Below, in pieces: positions 53,380 to 64,000 of a stretch of 64,000 bases of DNA. Position numbers and translations under genes: made by a program. The notes beneath the pieces were generated by a model. The model was given only the letters and a program-made list of their open reading frames with translations. It had not been told where the DNA came from and searched no databases. Origin of the DNA: the human T2T-CHM13v2.0 reference genome, Homo sapiens; the NCBI RefSeq assembly GCF_009914755.1, contig NC_060940.1; one strand, 5' to 3'. Position 1 is the stretch's first letter. Each line of letters opens with the position of its first letter.

Positions 53380-53950
53380 CATGGTGAAGTTCCACACGAT
53401 GGAATATTATTCTGCAAGAAAAGGGAACGACTACTGGCTACGATGTGGATGAACCTTGAGGATATTAAGCTAAGTAAAAGCAGCCAAAAACAAGCATGGA
53501 CAACACAGCGATAAAAGCAGCCAAAAACAAGCATGGAAAACACAGCGAAACCCCGTCTCTAGAAAAAAAATACAAAACTTAGCCAGGCGTGGTGGCGTGT
53601 GCCTGCAGTTCCAGCTACTCGGGAGGCTGATGGGAGAGGATGGCTTTGGCCCAGGAGCTTAAGGCTGCAATGAGCTATGATCAAACCACGGCACTCCAGC
53701 CTGGGTGACAAGATCTTGTCTCCCAAAGGGGAAAAAAAAAAGCTTACACAGTCTATGAAATGTCTAGAATAGGCAAATCCATAGATTAGTGGTGACTGCT
53801 AATGGGTACAGGATTTCCTTTTGTGGTGATGAAAATGTGCTCGAATTGAATGCTGATAGTCACACAATTGTGAATACTAAAAACCACTGAACCCACTTTA
53901 AATGGGTGAATTGTGGTATGTGAATTATCTCTCAATGAAGTTATTTTAAA
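53380..53950 (+). mobile_element. L1M(B)-type 3' end interrupted by a truncated Alu (about 53530-53741)
   Basis: atgtggatgaaccttgaggatatt, aatgtctagaataggcaaatccataga, gtatgtgaattatctctcaat are L1MB 3'UTR-like. Confidence 0.8.
53475..53548. repeat. 37-bp tandem duplication (1 mismatch)
   Basis: taaaagcagccaaaaacaagcatgga(c/a)aacacagcga x2. Confidence 0.92.
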
Positions 53951-54754
53951 AATCATGATTGTTACCGAATTTTATCAAAAAGCACAGATGCAAATCTAAT
54001 CCTTTACAACTGTTACCAAACCAGGTAAAATTAAGGTTAACTGGCATTTAACATCGTGGCACGTTCCACTGGGATTGAAACTGAGACATAAAAATGCAAT
54101 GCAATTGATTGTTGGGTACTATGTAGGGAAAAACTACTGTTCGAGGCATTGAAAATGCCTGGGGCACAGTCCCTGAACTTTACAACCTCAAAGTCTAGTG
54201 GAGAAGAAAAGCAAAGTAACACAACACAACATGGCAATTCCAATACAATGGACATACCCAGGACAGCCTGTGCTTCTATTTTCATCCACCCAGAAGCCTT
54301 GCCGCTGCCATCCTTACCTCCAAATCCCCGAGCTCAAGTCCTAAGCCTACTTTAAGGCCCACCACAACACCACCTCTTCACCATGCCTTCCTTCTCTCAG
54401 AGTGCAATCTTGTTCTTCAATTTCCAGGCCCCTATCTGCTCACCTCTGTGCATTCATCACCTTCTGCCCTCATTATTTGCTCATATGACCTATCTGAACC
54501 CATGCTGGCTTTCCTTACGCAGAGACACCTTATCACTTCATCTCTGCTTCCCCTCCAAGCCCCCAGGGCCTGAAGCAGTGATTACCAGCAAGTATGCCCT
54601 AAGCTGAGCTTGGGGAAGCTCCTTCTAAGAAGTTATTACATGAAAATGCTTGGCTTTCCATATTCTAAACCATACTGGTCAAGGAGGTCTAACGGTTGCT
54701 ATCCCCTAGAATAGCAAAGGAAAACCCCCATTCACAGGCTCTGTCTAAACAGCA

Positions 54755-54995
54755 GTGCTGTCCCACCAACCACAGAAGCCAGGAGCTGCATGTGGCAACT
54801 GAGCGCTTGAAACATGGCTGTTGTGACAGAGGAATTGGTATTATTAATCTTATTCAATTTAATTTTATTTAAATAGCCACATGTACTTATTGAGCACATG
54901 AAATATGGCCATGGAGACCAAAAAACCAAATATTTATGTATTTAATTTAATCAACCACATGTGGCTAGTGGCTGCCACAGTGGACAGCGAAGGTC
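54755..54995. mobile_element. MER3-like hAT-Charlie relic
   Basis: cagtgctgtcc...aaatagccacatgt...ccacatgtggctagtggct...tggacagc. Confidence 0.7.
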
Positions 54996-56924
54996 TAGAA
55001 ATAATGTTATCACTCAGAGCCTTGGTATCTAGGCTTGCAGAGTAGAAGACACAACAGACATTTTCTGCCCTAAAAAAAAAGATGGGACCCAGTGCTCTCT
55101 GATAAACACTCAAGATTAAAACAGTATTTTAAGAAAAATAAAAGCCCTTTAATTTCATCAAAAAAGAATTACATTTTAAATAACAGCTTCTGATTTCCAA
55201 AGGAAATACTGATCATTAAGAGTAAATGCAGATGTGTGGTGCTAATTCTTCCTCTCCAGACCCCTTACCCCAAGGCAATTAACCCCAACTTGAGAACACT
55301 GAAGACTTTGATCACTTGGGCTGGGACAGAGCTTTCAGCAGCACATTTCCCACAGGACTGGGCGCTGACAGAGACAACAGTCTCAGTTACCAACCCAGCC
55401 CTGTCTGCCACGAACATGGCACTGCTAATTGTCCAAGATTCAGAAGCTGTATGTGCCTGGCTGCCCTGCATCCTGAAGCTCAACCAGTCACCCGCAGGGC
55501 CACATCCCACTGGCGAGGGACCCAAGGGTCACCTGGCTTACATGCATGTCTTCCCCAGGCACTGACCAGCGCACGACAGTGATCTGAGCGGGCACTATTT
55601 GTCACTTGTTTCTGCGCACACAGTCACTCCTGACCAAGTTCAATGGGGCCAGAACTTGGGCCTCCTGTCTTATTTTTCCCAAGAGAACCTCATGTACAAT
55701 TGGTGACCAGTTAAGTAACCATTCAAGCTAAGATCTGTGCACAGACTGAAAAAACTGATCTGATGCAACGTCCCAAGAATTCACAGCTCTTGTGCATTGT
55801 GTGAGCAGCAGCGACACGCAGAAAACTAAGATAAAAAAGCCATGTTTATTTCTACTTTCTTCGATCAGTGACTTAACAGGCAAGGCTTAAAGTCAAACCA
55901 AGTAAGGATTTCTGTATTTAAAACTGTAGGCTTGCCACTGTTTGACTGCTACAGTCACTTTACAAACTAAATATTGTTTCCAAAGTTGCCTATGAAGATG
56001 TACATCATATATATATTTAATCTTTAAAATCTGTCAGGGAAAGAGGCCCACATGGAAAATATTCAAAATATGCCACAAAAACAATAAATACCACACAGCC
56101 AGCTACAAGTTAATGAAGCAAGGAGACTGGCCTCTTAAGTCACCTAATTTCCTTCAACCTCTGCTCAGATAAGGAATCCTGAGCCTCTGGTAGCCCTGAC
56201 CCAGTTTTCCTTCCACCTTGTGAAAGCTGTCATCTTAAAGAAACTAGGTGATTTAGGCAACAGGAAGGACACCACCCCAACTGGCCAAGGCTCCACAGAG
56301 AACACAGCCCGGGGAGCAGGGGGCTCACCCACCTCGCCCTGAGCCAGCCGGATTCATGTGATGAGCTCTGCAGGCTTGGAGAGAGCCCCTGGATATCCTA
56401 TTTGCTCATCTGTAAATGCAGAGGGCTTGTGGGCATGAGGATGACTGAGGACCTGAGCGCATGAGGCTATACTTAGGTCTAAAATGCTGTAATATCTAAC
56501 TCTGTACATCTAGAGACCTGGGTATGCTGAGACGCTGTGCACCTGCACCCTGAGCCCTCGCAGACAAGACTCAGGCCTTTTCACATTTAAATCTCTCCAT
56601 ACACTCAGATACATACAGCCCAGCATGGTTTGCTTTAGGAATGATTCATTCAGCTCAGGATCTCATTAAAACTTGTTACTGAACACCTGATTCACAAAGG
56701 AAGCAATCTACCAACGTGCGTTATTTTGCTTCATCTCTTTTTATGCCACCAAATGCCACCTGCAGTGTATCAGTGGCCCTGGACTATTCAGGCAGTGGGC
56801 TACTTTCTATATTCAAAGCATGTGGGGAACCACACCACAACGTTCAGACTGGGAAGCCCAACTGCAGTTCACGACTTTTGGGTGGTGAGGTAGGAAAATG
56901 GATGAAAGCAGGAGGGTGTTTAAA

Positions 56925-57114
56925 TAAAAAAGTAGACCCCCCGTCTATACAAAAAAGAAAAAAAATGGCCAGGGGTGGTGTGCCTGTAGTCCCAGTCACT
57001 AGGGAGGCTGAGGTGGGAGGACTCCTGAGCCCCAGGAGTTTGAGGCTATAGTTAACGGTGATTGCGCCACTGAATTCCAGCCTGGGCACGAGGGAGAGCC
57101 TGTCTCCAAAAAAA
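56925..57114 (+). mobile_element. Alu (J-like), 5'-truncated
   Basis: Alu linker plus right arm. Confidence 0.88.
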
Positions 57115-57249
57115 TATTAATTAAAATTCAGTAACCACTACTTTATGACCAATAGCACTTACTGGCTATGGTGAAGCCGGACCACATGTGTTCCAATCCC
57201 AGCTCTGCCACTTGCTCTGGGTGACCCAGGTAAGTTGACACACCTTGTT

Positions 57250-57615
57250 CTTTCACAGCTCTGAAGGTCAGAAGTCTGAAATGGGTCTCACCGGGCTAAA
57301 ACCAAGGTGCCAGCAGGGCCACATTCCTTCTGGAGGTTCTAGGGGGAAATGTTTCCCTGCCGCTTCCGGGTCCTAGAGCCACCCCATTCCTGGGCTCCCC
57401 CTTGCACCTGTCTTCTCAGGTCCCCTCACTCTGGCACTGATGACTGTGAGTACACTAGGCCCACCTGGGGCATGCAGGCCCACCTCCTCACTAGGGATCC
57501 TGAATTCAATAAGGTCTGCAAAATCCCTTTGCCATGTAACGTAACATTTGCAGGTTTCAGCGATTAGGACATGGACACCTTTCCGGGGATGGGAGCATCA
57601 TTCTGCAAACCACAG
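57250..57615 (-). mobile_element. MLT1-type (ERVL-MaLR) solo LTR
   Basis: tcacagctctgaaggtcagaagtctgaaat...caaggtgccagcagggcc...tctgcaaaatccctttgccatgtaacgtaacat resembles MLT1. Confidence 0.75.
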
Positions 57616-57697
57616 ACCCTAAACCTCTAGTCACAGAGTCTGGCAGTTCCCAAACTCATCCTGCTATTCCACCCCTCCCGCCTGTGACCACACTCGC

Positions 57698-57992
<295 letters not shown>

Positions 57993-58352
57993 TCACCACC
58001 TCTTTTCACACTCAGCTGTGTCGCCTTCTCTGTGAGGCCTCACCTGAGGCTCCCCCTCCCCGCGGTAAGCCAGTCCTGTCTCTCCTATGCCACAGCTGCT
58101 TTGCCGAAGCCCTCCCCTGCACACGTGTTCAGGGCTCCTTCACTTTCTGAGGCAGTCCCATCCGGGGTAGAGTTGAGACCATAACCCAGCAGCCAGACCC
58201 GTTCCTGCCAGTCAGCAGATGTTTGATGAATGAAAGCCTACACCAGCCTCTGTGGACACTACAGGACACCAAGGACACTCCTACTGCCACTAAGTAAAGT
58301 CTGAGGTACGATCCAAGGGGAAACCAAGACAGTAAGAAACGGGGGTTGGGGA

Positions 58353-58937
58353 GAAGACACGTGCCCCATGCGGTGCCACTGGAAGCAGAGGGAAGACACG
58401 TGCCCCATGCGGCGCCACCGGAAGCAGAGGGAAGACACGTGCCCCATGCGGCGCCACCGGAAGCAGAGGGAAGACACGTGCCCCGTGCGGCGCCACCGGA
58501 GGCAGAGGGAAGACACGTGCCCCGTGCGGCGCCACTGGAGGCAGAGGGAAGACACGTGCCCCGTGCGGCGCCACTGGAGGCAGAGGGAAGACACGTGCCC
58601 CCTGCGGCGCCACTGGAGGCAGAGGGAAGACACGTGCCCCCTGCGGCGCCACTGGAGGCAGAGGGAAGACACGTGCCCCCTGCGGCGCCACTGGAGGCAG
58701 AGGGAAGACACGTGCCCCCTGCGGCGCCACTGGAGGCAGAGGGAAGACACGTGCCCCATGCGGCGCCACTGGAGGCAGAGGGAAGACACGTGCCCCCTGC
58801 GGCGCCACTGGAGGCAGAGGGAAGACACGTGCCCCCTGCGGCGCCACTGGAGGCAGAGGGAAGACACGTGCCCCCTGCGGCGCCACTGGAGGCAGAGGGA
58901 AGACACGTGCCCCCTGCGGTGCCACTGGAAGCAGAGG
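58353..58937. repeat. 39-bp minisatellite (candidate VNTR), 15 units, consensus GAAGACACGTGCCCCCTGCGGCGCCACTGGAGGCAGAGG
   Basis: CACGTG recurs every 39 bp from 58358 to 58904; 585 bp = 15 x 39. Confidence 0.98.
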
Positions 58938-59357
58938 CTTTGAACAGGTGCCCCTGGGAACCTAAAGGAAATGGAGATTGAGCCTTAGATACCTTTTTAA
59001 GAAATCTGACTCTGCTGCAACATCCAAACGTGTTCAGTGGGCTCGCTCATCTCTCTAAACAGAGCATGAGGTAGCTCGCGTGTTCTCAAACTCATCATAT
59101 GAGGCGTGACTGCATTCGGGTCATGGGCAATGGGACCACAATACAGCTTGTGAGATTTCAGGATTACCCTGTTAACCGTAACTCAAAAAGTCAAATCCAC
59201 AATCTATTTTTTGCAATGGAAGACAATTTAGCTGTAAGTTTATAGGATGTATTCTGGAAGCTTTCTACAGAGATGAAGACTTGCCAAAAACTTTACTAAC
59301 TAAATACGAAGGTATGTATTCATTTGAGGTTTGCGTAGTTTAATAACAGCAATTGCA

Positions 59358-59687
<330 letters not shown>

Positions 59688-59921
59688 CTACCACGAGATG
59701 AATGACAGTGGTGTGTGGACCAGTCACTATTAATCACCTATACCCACTTTCTATGAATCTGCAGTTTCTGCAATTCTTTTATTTCTTCCCACGTATGCTT
59801 GTTCTAAGAATAACCGCTGAAATGTAATTTTACATTTGTTGTATTTAATAAACTTGGGTTTCTCTTTCCGTATGGCTGGTTTTTTTACATATTAATCTGT
59901 TTGCATTTCATTTCTATATGA

Positions 59922-60092
<171 letters not shown>

Positions 60093-60104
60093 TAGCAATT
60101 GCAT

Positions 60105-60416
<312 letters not shown>

Positions 60417-61148
60417 TCATGAAATATAATTTATTCCCCAAAGTCTTATTGATGAAATGTGCTTGCAACTTGAGGTCAATGGCTTACAGCTTTTTTAAGG
60501 GGCTGTGGAGTAGAAAGGTTTGCTCAGCCTACACATTCAGAGGAATGCCACATGGTGTCCCTTGGAAACACACCTCTCAACTTTTTCTGAAGTACTGTGA
60601 ATGGGGTGGCAAGAGAGACAGCCAGATGTCAGATTACCACCCAGACACTTGCAGCCCCACCCTGGGATGGGACCATGTTCCGCAATACAAGTCACACTAC
60701 CAAACTCACACAGCACACTTTCCAAACCAGATGCCAGTTTAACAACTTACTGTGAGAGCTGGAGGTTAGTACATAACACAGGACACTGTCCTCCCAATAT
60801 CGGGATGTCAGGAAACCTTAGTTACTGGCATGTAATCAAAAAAGAGGGGCCTGGATTTTTTAATCTTCTATGGCAGGCAGGAAAATCACATGACCTGTCC
60901 TGGTTTCACAAGGGAGCCTCCTTCCTTCTAAATAGTTTTTAGATTCTCAATGACCCAAAGAGAATGATCACCACCTTGAGAATGGGCCACAGCGCTCGCT
61001 CCCAGGTTTCAAACATTCATGAAGTTAAAGCTCCTGGCAGATAACATGGGCTCTTTCCAAGGACACACGGGCATTTCTGCAACTATGAACAGCTGTGACC
61101 TCACAACAGTGTCTCCACCCGTCAAGGGGCATGCTAAGAACTGAATTT

Positions 61149-61457
<309 letters not shown>

Positions 61458-62128
61458 CACTGAATTTGCTTTACACAGCCACAGGCACAGGATAGTAAGA
61501 GCCCAGCCCCCCCGCAGGCAGTGCCCCATTATCCACGAGGACTCCCAGCGCAGCCTCAGCCATGCCCAGCCCTTCTGGGCAGCACAACACAGACAAGTCG
61601 ACGCTATCTCTCAGGGTGCCTTCTCCCAGACACCCCTCTGCCCATCCCATGCTGGGTTCTTGCCAGCCTCTGTCTCAGGAGTGTCATCACTGAATTCTGG
61701 AAGCATCCCTGCTCTGGCTCAGGTTGGTGTATTTCCCCATACAAGAAACGTACTAATTACTGTTTCCAACTTCCAAATAAAAAGTTAAAATTACCAACCC
61801 TCAGAAGTAGACCTGCTTCTCTTCAAAAATTTCAACACATCTGACTTCTCATTAGCTGAGGCATGTGTTAACTTACTAGAAAAATGGCATAACTGACTTT
61901 CTTGCCTACGCATGACACTTAAAACCCTGCTTCCTCCAACTTTCTTAAGTCCAAATTAGTTCAGAACAAGTAATTTCTAAAGTAGGTGACATTTAACATC
62001 TAACTCTGTCATGGTACATGGCAAGAAATATGTTGTTACAACTCTTGTTCTCCAGGATAAAACTTCTTTGCCTTGGAAATCAAGCAGGATATCCACGCTA
62101 TTTGTTACTCATGCAAAAAACCATAAAC

Positions 62129-62440
<312 letters not shown>

Positions 62441-63739
62441 ACCAAAAAAAATTAAAAACACAAAAACGATAACAAAAATAGACTTTACAAAATACCGAAA
62501 AGAAATTTTCAGTTATTTATGAAAGTCTATCAATGTCTTTGTCTGGAAAACGGGCTTTTACTTCCAAAAGGATCAAAAAAACACCATTACATTAACGTTA
62601 AAAGCAATAAAACTGAATGAGCACCTATCAAAGCAATACCGTTTTATGGCTTCAGCGTCTCTTTCTCAGAGCCACTTGCCAGCCAGCCATCTCCTGCATT
62701 ACTGTTTATTCTCAGAGTACACTGAAAAAAGTGTTTCCTGAATGAGCATCTCCCACAAATAAATTTAACAAAAAAGGAAACTGAGATGGTCACCTTCAGA
62801 GCAAACAAGCCAACGGTGTAGAAGAGGCACCCCAATGCCCATCCCACCGGCACAGTAGCAGGTGGGGCAAAAAGTGCATGGGTCTTATGCAAGCCAACAG
62901 GGAGAGGCGACTAGAAAGGCTTAGGGGAAAGGTGGCCCCTGGGTGGGATTCTGAACCACTTTCCTGGGGTATCTGTCCTGTTTGTGCCCACACAAGTGCA
63001 TGTGTGCTGGGAACCGGCAGCACCAAGGAGGCTGGGGCCATCCTAAGACTGCAGCTGTGCGACTTCCTGTAGAGAAGGCAGGACACCAAGTCCTTTTCAG
63101 CAAGGCAGTGACGGACAGAAGTCCTGTGGGCAGCAGCTTTCATAAAGTGTGGGGTCAGGCAGGCTGGAAGCAGGACCAAGAGGGAGGCTACCACCACAGT
63201 TCCAGCATGAGGCAGCAAGGGCCTGCTTTCAGGGGATGTCTGAGACAGCCAAACGGGCCTGGCAACAGGATGTGGGATAGAGACAGCAGAGTTCAAAGCC
63301 GACTCCCAACGTCTGGACACTCAGGGACCTGGTTTCCTGCCACTATCTAGTGTTCCACTTCCCCACACTCATCGCAGGGAGCTCTAGCACTCACGCAAGA
63401 ATCATCAGAAGGCCACCAGGCTGACTACAGCATCAGTGGCGCATGGCACCAAATCCACTTGACTTTTATCATACAGTGAATCATTCTCAAAATATTACAC
63501 TTTTAATATTAAAATCCCTATTCAAGCACATCAAGCCCAAGATTTCAAGAACAGCATTGCTTAGGCAGAGGCCGGATGGCTTCTTCCTAATCCACATCGG
63601 ATATGGTTACTGTGGGCCCTTTCTGCATAGCACCCATCTTCGATGGCCCCACCTGTGGTGTGTGCCCCACTTTAGTTCTAACATAGTGTCACATTTTCTT
63701 GGCTGCAAAAGCCCTACCACCAAGGCAACACCATGTGCT

Positions 63740-63960
63740 GAACATCTCCTATGCTCCAAATTCCATGCCAGGCACTTTAGATGTGCCTGGCGATTCCAGT
63801 CTCACAACAACCTTGACGGGCATGAATGACCTCCTTTAAGGGATGGAGAAACTGAGGAATCAAGAGCTTAAGCAATGTGCATTAGGTCCCACAGCAATTA
63901 GATGGCAAAACCCAGATTCAAACCCAGGCATGGCTCTAAATCTAGACTGCCTTAGTCACC
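63740..63960 (-). mobile_element. MIR SINE
   Basis: gatggagaaactgagg...ggtcccacagc...gattcaaacccaggc matches the MIR core. Confidence 0.75.
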
Positions 63961-64000
63961 ACAGTCTGTTATACCATGAATTTTTACTTAATGACCTCTT

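Noticed and set aside
58353-58937. CRISPR-like array
   Set aside because: Units are head-to-tail with no unique spacers, no cas genes are present, and the context is a primate intron.
58259-58981. Four long ORFs (191-215 aa) on both strands over the minisatellite
   Set aside because: The 39-bp unit is a multiple of 3 and lacks stops in those frames, so long 13-aa-periodic ORFs are automatic; there is no other sign of a coding gene.
62644-63350. Cluster of 60-174 aa ORFs on both strands near the window end
   Set aside because: Moderately GC-rich intron 1 sequence with no recognisable protein similarity or consistent splice signals; canonical USP7 exon 1 (poly-Q) is not present here.

Overview
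Human (primate) genomic DNA, Alu-rich, lying entirely inside the USP7 (HAUSP, ubiquitin-specific protease 7) gene on the minus strand. I mapped 26 consecutive coding exons (canonical exons 2-27, 2840 nt, window 35161 down to 379). Splice sites are phase-consistent, and the exons translate to the TRAF/MATH domain, the catalytic domain (Cys223/His464/Asp481) and the UBL domains up to about residue 973. Exon and residue numbering come from my recollection of the canonical 1102-aa protein. Canonical exon 1 and exons 28-31 lie outside the window. Positions 35162-64000 are intron 1, which holds an alternative N-terminal coding exon (MAGNHRLGLE, 41345-41375) and a 15 x 39-bp GC-rich minisatellite with one CACGTG E-box per unit. 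The rest is about 45 Alu elements or fragments plus L1, MIR, MLT1 and MER DNA-transposon relics; repeat boundaries and subfamily calls are by eye and approximate. The most unusual observations are all splice-level: (1) a 91%-identical, exon-bounded copy of exon 23 in intron 26, just downstream of a non-canonical GC donor and keeping a GT donor inside a hairpin; (2) a 70-bp tandem triplication of the exon 15 3' end and donor, whose third copy would add 47 stop-free in-frame residues at the catalytic-domain/UBL1 junction; (3) several candidate poison exons and a uORF. None is shown to be used in vivo; RNA-seq junction searches would settle them.
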